The position numbers and the translations under genes are program-made. Shown here in pieces: positions 1 to 11,061 of a stretch of DNA of 64,000 bases (positions are counted from its first letter, which is position 1; every line of letters begins with the position of its first letter). This DNA comes from Owenia fusiformis. Taxonomy: Eukaryota. The stretch lies in contig CAIIXF020000001.1 of NCBI GenBank assembly GCA_903813345.2, forward strand, positions 9,610,001 to 9,674,000. The letters are read 5' to 3'. Under the pieces are notes generated by a model. That model saw only the letters and a list, made by a program, of their open reading frames with translations, made no database searches and had not been told where the DNA came from.

Positions 1-724
1 ATCATTCTTTGGAAATATCAAAAATAAGTATGGAAGCTATTTTATTTCTCTATAAGAAAGAAGATTGTTTTAAATGTATTTCCCTCGAGGGAATTAAAAT
101 TCTATCATTGGGAATTCACGCTATAGTCTTATGAACTTTAATGAAGGACTTTACCGTAAATTGACGACGTGATTTGTATGCAGCTGTACGTTAACATATT
201 CCTTATCTTAACTTACCTTGCGTGCGTGGAGCTAGGGGCAACGTGAAGTCCAATGGTCCTTTAGTCTAGTTCAATAAATATTTTTAAAATAAATATGCCG
301 CCTGGTTCATAAGGGAACCTGGGATAAGATGGCCTTTAGTGATTTAGTAGTCTTGATCCAGTTTTGAAACTATTCTTGCTCCGAGTAAGTCGTGTAGGTG
401 CCAAGTTGGAAGGTGATTCGAAAGAAGACTCTATTCTATTGTAGACAATGAATTAATGATTAGGTTGTTACAATTGGGAAACAAATGCAACGGGACCATT
501 TTCCCCCAGTTTCCCTTATTGCATTTGAGACTTTGTTCGGGGTGGTGTCAATTTAAATGACTACATGGTCTGATTTTTAAACTTTAAATTGCAGTAATGA
601 ATAAGCTATTACGTAATTGTATATGGAGAACACTAAGGTACTATCTTGCCCCTGGCTCCCCTATTAGTGTGAACTTAATGTTGTCTTTCTAAAAAAACTA
701 ATTTACTAAGTTTCTTTCTAGACG

Positions 725-3700
725 ATGGGGCGGTTCAAGACAAAACAACGTTGTGCATCCCAAAATATTCATGGCGAGAATAATGAACAAATGCACCAAC
801 TGATTGACTCAAAATATATAAAGGCTTCAACCAGAGACCGTCTGTGTGAACTTGCCCAAATAGACTTTTTTAGTTTTCGAAAAAGGCACAAACTAAAGCC
901 CCTTTCATTTTGTAAATCCTGCATCAAAAACGTTGAATTAGAAAACGGTGGAAACGCACCCGCAAGAAAACAAAACCTATCACATGTTAATCACGATCAT
1001 AGTTACAATTCTGGAGGGAAAAAAGACAATGATATATCTATACAAACAACAAATACTATTCTTGATCTTGGAGATAATCACCAAGACTTGTCGAACCAAA
1101 TGGAGACGTTGCCATCGTCATATTTAAAGAACCTAATCTATGCACTGGGGAAAATTATTAAACAGGAAATAAAAACATATTCTAACAACTCAAACATTGA
1201 TTTGGATTTTGAAAAATTACGCCTGAGCAATGCAGATTATTTCACGTCATGCCCAAAACTACTTGCAACATTGCTTTTAAGCATATCTGGTGTTCCAATG
1301 GACTATACGTTTAAATCAAGCAATGTCCCTGGTCAGTATCCAGATGCATTAGAAACCCTAGAATACACGTTTTAAATCAGCATGATGCTTGTACTTCAAG
1401 TAGTTACTACTTCATGTTTGCTCTACATACGCTTGTTTTACGTTATATAAAGCATATCCCGCAAAACATATGTAACGATTTTTATGTGAATAGAAAACGT
1501 GAAAAACAACTAAAAACTCGTGCGCGAATTATTTTTAGGTATTTCAAAATGCTTTATCACGCGTCAAATGTCCGCGCAAAATAATTTAACAAGGAATGTT
1601 TATAATGTTCCATGTTCAGTTTGTGCATTTTAGTGCAACATACTTTTCTAATGACAGTGTTTATAGGCCTACCAGATCTTCCAAAATGGTGAAACGGAAT
1701 AAACGAATTCAAATTTTTCTTTCTATTGCAGTTAACCAGATTTCAATAGAGCTTTGAGTTGATATTCGGGTCATTATACGACGTTCATAAAATTCCGCCA
1801 TTAATCGCCATCTCCATAATATGACTACACCAGTAATGCAAAAGTGGGTTTAAATCTAGGATGAAGAATCCTAGGTTTGAATCGATGAAAATGAAAAAGT
1901 TTCAAATAATTCCTATCCATTTTCGCACGCTCGGTCTTTACTGCGTTCGACCGACGGGAGCCGAGTGAACGAAGATGATTTCTATCGGCAATTGGAAAGA
2001 TACGTAAATGGTTTTCAGTGTATCTTGATACTGACCCTTGTATTTCTCAGATCCAGACCAAGATAGAAACATGGCGTACAAAATGTGCAAAACTGTGGAG
2101 TCCATCCTAAACCTTACCTATTTGAACAGTGTTCTCCCAATCCATTTTAGAGAGTCGGTACTTTTATACAGTTTAACGGGCAGCAAAATTGCACTTACCG
2201 TTCTTAACAGAACAGGCCCATACGCCTCCTATGATAGAGTAAGAAAATGGCTCACAAATCTTGGGCAAAATACAATAGAGATAGTGGACCAACAAACCCA
2301 AGGGAATGATACTAGTATACTAATGGCATTCGATAATAACCAGGTACTTAAAAAGACCTGGTCAATTAGCACAAAGAAAAAATTCAACGCTAGTGTAGTG
2401 ACCATGATTGTTTCCTTCACGATTGAAAATGAACCCCTACAAAATAAACCAATGTTTTCACCAAATCAATGGAAAAACAAGCCGTTGACTGATGATAAGA
2501 TTCAAGAAATAAAAAATCCAGACGAAAATCCAGCCTTTGCTTCAATACAAAACAAATCAATAAAAGGCTTCGTAGAGAAACGATTAAAAAAAATCATCAG
2601 TGAACAAAAAATTCGAAACGGCAAAATGACAGATTTAATAGATGATACCATAGTTGAAAATAAGTACAATAAAATATTTCACGATCCATGCAACAAATGT
2701 GGTTTGGAGGCTATCCCAAAGTCAAAACGTGTATGTCCACAATGTAAACAAAAAATTACACGTCAAAATGACTTTAACAACGCAAAGGATAAAAGTGATA
2801 AAGGCGCTTGTGAAACAAAAAATAACCACACACCAAAAAGAACCAGAGAGAACGATTCAATGAAATGTGAAAAAAGGATGTCCGTAAAAAAATTATGTAC
2901 GGGGAAAAGTATTGTTGAGATTGAAAATCCTAGGAAAATTAATACTGTATACGTAAATGATGTTCATGTTTTCCGTCCATATTTCGCGAACCCAAATTCA
3001 TATGAAAACTGTCAAAACGTTCTCATTGACATTGGTACAAAAGCGGGTGTCAAACAATATGGAGGTACTGCTCGCGAGTGGGTTGCTGTATGTTGCGACG
3101 GGATGCCCTATAGTATGTGCAACAAGTTGCAATCGTGCACATATAGGTGTGGTTACTGTGGTGGTGTTTTTCGGGGGAAATCAAGTGTTAACAGTCACAC
3201 ATGTTCTGAAATAGTACAACGTCAAGAATCAGACATGTCCATAGAATTTAAGTGGTTGCTATTAATTCCTGGACCTGGCCATATAGAGATGAACATGCTA
3301 AAATCTTTAGTTTCACTTACCTGGGACATTTTCTGGAAGGAGATTGCCAAAATATTTAATTTTAAAAGCGAACACGCATTATCATATGCTAAGAAAGTCA
3401 GCGATCACCACAAAGGGTGGGAAATGCTGCAGCTAACATATGCTGCAGTCATCGATGAATTGCTGGTAGTCTACGTAAGAACACAACATGACATGGCCAA
3501 CTCACAAGAACTTAGTTATAAACATTTCATAGAAATGATAGAAAAGTCGGACGACCCCAACTTTAAATTCATGGGAAATACGGTAGTCCCATTGATGAAT
3601 TCCATATTACTCTACAGAGAAGGCGTTCGATCGAGCGATTTCCAAAAAATGTTGGCAGCGAGATCGCTATTTTCAAAACTTTTTGTAGCAAGACACCATC

Positions 3701-4524
3701 CAATCTATCGGGAACTGGAAGTGAACGATTATATGCTGTATGAAAAAGCTCCCGAACCTATTAAAATGTTTCTCGAGAAATGCAACTCTATTAATATTAG
3801 CGGGGTTCCAAATTCGAATGAGGGGGCCGATTTTAAATTGGAGGCGATCAATAAGAAAGCACAGTATTTCCAGCCACCGAGGCCAAGCAACGAAAGTTGG
3901 AGCAATGTTTGTGCCAACTTCGACAATTTGGAAAATATACGCAATACTGTTTTCAGAGAAAGTGGAACAATCGACCCTGCAAAGCAGCGAGTAGAATCTC
4001 ATGCATCAGAGTCTGAAGATGATATAAATGAAGTACGATCATTATTTAGGGAACAGGCATACTTATTCCCATCTGATGAGAAAAAACACACCGATGTAAC
4101 ATGTTCTATCGAGTTAGATAAAGAGCTTATACATTTCAATGAAAAGGCTAAAAAGATGAGACAAAACTTTGTTCAAAATGTAGTTGATCACAACACTAAT
4201 GAGGTTAAAAATGTGAACTTTAAAGAGGAACCGATTTTTGTAACCACTACAGAAAGGTCGGAGTACTTTGCATTAGAAAAACGATCAATCAAATCATTAA
4301 CTTACCTCATCCAACAGCAAATTAACGAACTGTCAAGTGACGATGAGGATGAACTTATTCTAAGCTTTGCTACACAGTTACAGGATATAGTGTCATCGAA
4401 TAAAAACGCAAAAGAATCAAAGACAATATTGATATCATTGTACAAAGATATAGAGGATTATAAACTCGTGAAAGCGGTAGCTAACGATTTTATACTGGAA
4501 CAAGAAGTCAAAGATGAAGTGTAA
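725..4524 (+). CDS. Spliced transposase-like protein, Academ/DUF6589-like DDE family; join(725..1331,2051..4524), ~1026 aa
   Basis: ORFs 725-1375 and 2038-4524 join in frame through a phase-1 intron (CCT G|GTCAGT at 1332; TTTCTCAG|AT at 2050). Motifs AFDNNQ, CCDGMPY, PGPGHIEMN and NISG..GADFKLEAINK resemble the Academ-type DN / DQPLY / GGLHIEM / D..E..N motifs. Zn-finger-like CxxC..CxxC and CxxC..H motifs are also present. Confidence 0.6.
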
Positions 4525-5032
4525 CATTTACTAATATTTCAGTAATATAATACCTGAGCGTGCATACATGTACTGACATTTACAGGAAATATATGACAAT
4601 GACTTTTACAATAACAACATGACATAGAGGCAATTCTATGTGTTTGTAAACAATGATATAATAGTTTTAAACGATTATACGAAATATGTATGTATACATA
4701 TGAATAAATATACCAAGTTAAATGACAGTTCATACGTAGCCTATACGCAGGATACGACATAACATGTATTAAAACAATGTGTATAAGAGAAAAAACAACG
4801 CTTTGTTATATATAAAAATCTGTGTTAAAACAATTTGAATTGAGACCAAAGTCATTAATCCATGAATACTTTTCAGTAAAAATACTCAATATTAAAATTA
4901 ATCAAAAGAGCTCATTAAATTGAATAAATAAACAATTAAAAATATATGTATTGAATTGCACTGAATATTGATAAAGTAATAAATTATAGCCTGTACAGTA
5001 ACATAAATTCAGTGTATAGGCGTAACTATGAG

Positions 5033-6650
5033 TTAAAGTTGTGTAATGTCATTCAAGTTAATAGTCGAAAAAATGTTCCTATCCATCGTCGCTGCTACAG
5101 GTTGTGCTGGTGGTAGTGTCTCAACTGCCAGGCCTGCTTCTTTTAAGCTGGCATATGTCTCTGCTTCCATCAACACGGCGGCGGACTGGCGAGGCACCTC
5201 TGGCGACATGATTGATTCCTGATCCTCTTTCTTTTCCTGGATGAAAAGGTATATATACAGATATATATGATCATGAATACTAGTATTTTAATAGTTATGC
5301 GAACTGCCATGCAGCATACAGGAATAATACAATCGCTTTGGTTTTTTTAATGATCAACATGCAGACATGGTTCATGGTTAAATAACTGCAATCAAAAACA
5401 AACATGGGTAAAAACAAAATATTGTTTATTCTTATTTTTCAATTTATTATATCAGATCTAATACTCTTAATTATTATCCATATCAAATTTGATACCTGCT
5501 CTTGAACGATAGCTTTCTTCGTCTTCTCACTAAGTATGTGGGTAGCTGCCCCCTTGTTGTTGTATCTCCGTTCATCCCCCCCTACTTCTGGATGTATCCC
5601 CTCCTCCTGGTATTTCACAAATGTGTCTTCGTCTTGAGAATACACAAAGGCATTCCCCGCCTCATCAACGTACCTCAGAAATATCGAGCCTCTGGTCTTA
5701 GTGCACAACTGGTCTGCTCGTTTGATCAGTCCAGTGAGCCTATCTTTCTTCGCCTGGGCCCGTTTCCTAGGCTCGGGCTCATATTCATGAGAAATTGGCC
5801 CCCTGTGGTGTTTCCAGTTTTTATTTCTAAATCAAAAGAATTAAATTAAAAGTATGAATGTCGGATACATAGAAGTAGGAATAACCGAAACCTTCGGTGA
5901 AGCGATATGGGGAAGTCCCGTCTGAAAAGCGTAATTGATAATCGTCCCCGGATCATACGCATTTCAACAGAAATTCTACTTTTAATTCAGTTGCAATTTA
6001 CGAATTAGAATATCTTAGATCTTGAATCGGATAATAAAACACAAAGTTTACTTTGCATTTGTAAGTGGATGTTTCATCAATGTGTATAATAACGGCGAAG
6101 TGACAGAAAGTCAAGGGAGGACGGTCATTTTAAATCCCTGTTTTAAATGCAAGGGCAAATCAGTTTAATATATTGGCATGTTAGAGGTCATCTTGCCCTG
6201 TGACAAGTTAGTGTCAGACTGTCAGCTGTTCAATATACATATAGTGTAAGCGGTCAAGGGATCATTGATCATCTATGTACATGTAGATATTGAGTTGAAT
6301 ATCTGAATATTAATTCGAATAAGATCGTATCGTATTTTATATTTGAATTATGCAATGTGCTTTCCGGTTTGAGCATGCAGCCATGCACATGGAAAATTTT
6401 ACGGTAAACTTAGCTTGGACAATGCAATTGTCTATAAATCTATCAGTTATTTAATTAATTTCCTTCGTCAGTTACAATTTTAGATGTCAGGAATTTGAAA
6501 CACTAAAACTAGCACTAAGCACGAATTTTGGAATGAATCTGATGAATACGCGTGGCAAAATATCAGGCACATACATCGAATGTAGTATTTTTCAAAGTAC
6601 AGTACTTACGCTTGTGGTCCAGTTGAAGGTCTCTTCTTTGTTTGTGACAT
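5033..6650 (-). CDS. 191-aa protein with divergent SRF-like MADS-box domain; join(6650..6610,5826..5496,5236..5033)
   Basis: aaaATG at 6650; donors GTAAGT (6609) and GTATCA (5495); pyrimidine-rich acceptors TTTAG (5827) and TCCAG (5237); phases 2 and 0 are compatible and the frame is open to TAA at 5035-5033. YEPEPRKRAQAKKDRLTGLIKRADQLCTKTRGSIFLRYVDEAGNAFVYS aligns without gaps to the SRF MADS core. Exon 1 is the least certain part. Confidence 0.6.
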
Positions 6651-6720
6651 TTTAATAATATTGTCTGCTCTCTTTGGGCGATAAAAGGTAAAGGAAGTAG
6701 TATGTATACAATTGAAGCAT

Positions 6721-6822
6721 TATACGGCAACTGCCGTATGGTACTTAGGATGGAATATCATGAAATTGAAACACTATACGGCAACTGCCGTGTGGTACGT
6801 CAAATGAAATACCATACGGCAA
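6721..6822. repeat. Cluster of dyad motifs ATACGGCA-AC-TGCCGT(A/G)T (two full, one half)
   Basis: Seen at ~6722-6739, ~6776-6793 and a half site at ~6814-6821; possibly subterminal repeats of the transposon. Confidence 0.6.
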
Positions 6823-8121
6823 TCGAGCTCAGCATCTCTACTGACATTACGAACTCTAGTTTCAATTGTACTCATAAAAATATGAATCTGGCTTGTTTTA
6901 CACTCATGTATATGTATATTTGTACCTTACTTCAAGTGGCTAACCAATGACACTTCTCGTGACCTTACTTTATCTATTATACTTTATCATTTTATTGTTA
7001 CTTAGTCCTTTATTTTATTAATTAAGACAGTTCTTTGATACCAATATCGAAGCATCTGAGTATACCCTCTCAACGGATCGAACGCTCTCTGAAAATCATT
7101 GTAGCAACCCTATCGCGTTTACTTTGATGGCCACAAAAGTATCAGTTGTATTAATGTCAAATATTAGTTATAAATAGATAACTTGAAATTACTTTTGTCG
7201 GAGAAGACAAACCGTGTAAGACCAAAGATATCTTATCGGAGGATTAGAATATTTTGAACACCTTCGTATCGAAATCTCGATTTCAACATACCTTAGTCAT
7301 TTCACTAGAAGTGGTACCGTCATAGCGCACTTGAAATCCATGGGAAACTCAATATCGCAATATCAAAGATGAATGATTGGTATTGAATTTACGTTATCTA
7401 ATATGATAAACAATCAACTACTCTCAGCTTCATGGGAAAGCAACTTCAATCAAAATTGAATTTTATCTCGTCAATTCTGTAAATACGTTGCTCTTATCTT
7501 TGGAACAAAATTTATACCCTTCTCCCAAAGTCACACCTTTAAATATATAGGGCCAGGACACGTTTGCGTAAGCTATAAAGCTACACATGGTAAATATAAG
7601 GGACATTGTAGATTTTATTTCATCACATTCGAAACAATATATTTTTGAACCTTGAACTCCAATATTTGCACTCGAACAATTAAAAAAAATAATCAGCTCG
7701 TCAACGGTGATAAAGATCGTAATTCTAAAATTGCAAATTGACAACTTGAGAAAAATAAGTTGTTTCATAATAGCCATAAAGTCAAAATATTTCAGAGTTA
7801 ATTGATTTTTATGTCATCAATGATCATAATTCCAGTTATTTATTTGCATACGTGGTTGAGATACGCTGGCTGTGGTTCATTTTGAAGGGTTCACAATTCA
7901 TAAGTGTGTTGTAAACTATGTGGAGTGTGATACGATACACCCAGACATATCTACGTTGATCCGTGAGTTAACCAAGATACAACTTTTTGATATGTCTGTA
8001 CATGACGTCGCATTTTTAGGCCACTAAGATCCAACAATCCATTTATAACTCTAATGTCTTGACAATGTTCCAAATGTCGCAGTAGCGCTTGTCAAGAATT
8101 AACGTAAAATATTAAAAAGCA

Positions 8122-8671
8122 ATTCAAACATGACCGTGCTCTATTCGAATTTCTCAACCAATCAGAATGCAGCATAGCCAATATAGAACGTTCTCTAATT
8201 CTCCATAGATGCACGACCATGCTCTATTCAATCTGCAATTTGCATTGTTTTGTGTGACGTCACATCTCAGCTGCACATCTGGGGCTCTGTCCGGGGATAG
8301 CTGTTCTTTTTTACTCCCTCCGTAACTACTGTAACTATTTAACTACTGTTTGCATACACCGTATAAAATCTAAAACGGGGAGTAAAATAGAACAGCCCAA
8401 ACAAATTCTAAAATTTTTCCGGCCGACTTCAGAATCTTGACAGCATGCGTATTCTTCCTTCATGCCCGTTCCACAGACACGGCTTTTACTAATTTTTATG
8501 TTTGAATCGGAATAAATAATGATAGGCCATTCAATATGGTGAAATTCAGCACTCGTTGGACAGAATGTTAGTACAAATGCACTCACCTTCGGTTCGTGCT
8601 TTGTACAACATTCTGTCCAACTCGTGCTGAATTTCACCATATTGAATGGCCTATCATTATTTATTCCTTAA
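8122..8671. mobile_element. Non-autonomous foldback element, copy 1 (~160-bp terminal palindrome; Crypton-like architecture uncertain)
   Basis: Near-perfect palindrome at 8509-8667 (GGAATAAATAATGATAGGCC...GGCCTATCATTATTTATTCC); 5' segment ATTCAAACATGACCGTGCTCT.. shared with copy 2. Confidence 0.65.
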
Positions 8672-9112
8672 GTTAAAGCAAATATCGATTTAAGATTTAT
8701 CCGCATCCATTTCAAATAAAGAATGATGAGATTGGCCCTGGTATGTTTGTAGTTAGATTTGGATCACGCCTTTGATCAAACAAGAAGTCACTGATCCCTG
8801 CTGCAACTTCATCCATAAACAAACCCTACGTTGCTATAGGTGATAATATTTCAAATGAGAGCATGCACTAAGTTACCAGGTTATTCAAATAGTGAAGCTT
8901 GGTGACTGGACCCTCATTGATGCCTCAAAACCTCAAACGTCATTGACAAAAGTTCATCATGACTTTTGTGGTGTCCTTGCGCTTTGTTTGGAACACGATG
9001 TTGATGTCAATTGTGAGATTGTATGCAATCAGTTTCAGTGGTGATTTTCATTACAATTGGTTCCAGTTCATGATTGCTGCCTTCTCCAATATTATATGGA
9101 GTGTCTATTATT

Positions 9113-9607
9113 TATTCAAACATGACCGTGCTCTAATTGAATTTCTCAACCAATCAGAATGCAGCATAGCCAATATAGAACGTTCTCTAATTCTCCATAG
9201 ATGCACGACCGTGCTCTATCCAATCATCCGGGAATCTACGTATTGTATTTGCATTGTGACGTCACACCTGGGAATGGCGAAAATAACAGCGAGCTCGAGT
9301 TTGGTCATCCTCCGAAGCAGGTGTACAGGAGAAGATATTCTGGATTTTGAAGCCCTGTGATCGGAGGATGGAGTTTGGTGTATCTCATGTAGCTCCAATC
9401 CCCAATTCTCTGAACAATGTTTTCATTTTTTATATGTTTGAATCGGAATAAATAATGATAGGCCATTCAATATGGTGAAATTCAGCACTCGTTGGACAGA
9501 ATGTCAGTACAAATGCACTCACCTTCGGTTCGTGCTTTGTACGACATTCTGTCCAACTCGTGCTGAATTTCACCATATTGAATGGCCTATCATTATTTAT
9601 TCCTTAA
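9113..9607. mobile_element. Non-autonomous foldback element, copy 2
   Basis: Same 5' ~110 bp and same palindrome (9445-9603) as 8122-8671, with a different middle segment. Confidence 0.65.
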
Positions 9608-9771
9608 ATATATACCACTATCCACACGTTCCATATATCAATAGGGAGTTTAAGCTTGCAATGTTTTTCACAACCTAAACGTATAAGGAAAATATTTAAG
9701 CGATGCATTGACGGTCGTTCCTCAACAATTTCATTGACTGCATTTGTAATCACTGTCTCTGTGTGTTCCAG

Positions 9772-11061
9772 GAGATCCTATGACATGCTGGACCCCAGCT
9801 CATTTCACGGGACAGATGGTCCAGTATACGGACGACTATTGCTGGATCAAAAACACGTACTATCACCCGATGCACGAGGTGGTACCGAGGGAGGGTGAAC
9901 CTAGAGACTTTGACGTGACCTATTATCAGTGGGTTCCGTTGTTTCTCATGATCCAAGCCTTGTTGTTCTACATTCCCAGTGGTATCTGGCACATCTTCAA
10001 CGATAAGACCGGTATCAATATACACAACATCATCGTAGCCTCAAACACAGTAGCCCAAGTTGTTCCTGAGGGTCGGGAGAAAACGATGAAACATTTAGTC
10101 AGACACATAGACGCTTACTTGGAACGCCAAAAAGAACATCGGAAAGGTAGACTAAATGCGGCACGACAATTTATGGCAACAAAGATGTGCTGTGTATGCG
10201 TCGGCAAACGTGCTGGAAATTTCTTGTTGGTTCTCTACATGTGTTGTAAGGTTCTCTACATAATAAACGTAATTGGACAGTTGTTCATGTTGAACGCTTT
10301 CTTGGGAACGAAGTACCATCTGTATGGGTTTGATGTGCTGAGAGATTTAGCAGCTGGCAATGACTGGACTGCATCACCAGTGTTCCCCAGGATAACACTC
10401 TGCAGCTTTAAGATGAGAGTCTTAGGTAAGAAAATTTGATACTTTTCTTTCACACGTTCATTCAGACAGTTTTTTGTTTTCACCAATATCTAAGTACTTT
10501 GCAATCGTTGTATGTAAATAAACATGTGTGTTAATGGTTATGGGTGGTATGTGGACAAAAATCAAAATAAGATATAACGAGATTAAGGATTGAGAAATGT
10601 GTATTCACATTGAATGGTTATATTCATGGTTATGTTGTTATTGTTATCCAGGAAACGTCCAGCGTCATACTTTACAATGTGTGCTTCCGATCAACCTCTT
10701 CAACGAGAAGATCTACGTCTTCATTTGGTTCTGGTACGTCTTTGTCGCAACAGTAACCTGCATCAACTTCCTCTCTTGGCTCACCAGGATCTTCCATGGA
10801 GCCAGGATGTCCTTCATCAAGAAACATCTCGCCTGGATGGGTAGGCTTAACGAAGAGGATGACCGTCAATTGTTCACTAGATTCGTTGATAATTATCTCC
10901 GCCCTGATGGATTTTTATTGCTGCGTTTGATCGCTAAAAATAGCACAGAGTTCGTAACATCAGAAATCATCGCTGGACTTTGGGATAACTACAAACGTGT
11001 GTATAGTGGAGGGATGAGCCTAACGGGCAATGATAAAGAAGAAAAGGAGAGTGAAGCATGA
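9772..11061 (+). CDS. Innexin (invertebrate gap-junction protein), last two coding exons join(9772..10425,10652..11061); first coding exon not found in window
   Basis: GDPMTCWTPAHFT, YTDDYCWIKNTY, the YYQWVP signature, FPRITLCSF and QCVLPINLFNEKIYVFIWFW; phase-1 intron G|GTAAG..CCAG|GA. Confidence 0.95.

Noticed and set aside
6052-6077. Alternative first exon (MKHPLTNAK) for the MADS-like gene
   Set aside because: Phase-compatible, but its donor (GTAAAC) and start context are weaker than those of 6650-6610; not fully excluded
8335-9678. ORFs beginning MVKFST..
   Set aside because: They arise from the palindromic repeat on both strands; no protein features
9656-9771. Innexin N-terminus directly upstream of the exon (CIDGRSSTISLTAF..)
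   Set aside because: Wrong frame, poor motif match, and a clear acceptor at 9771
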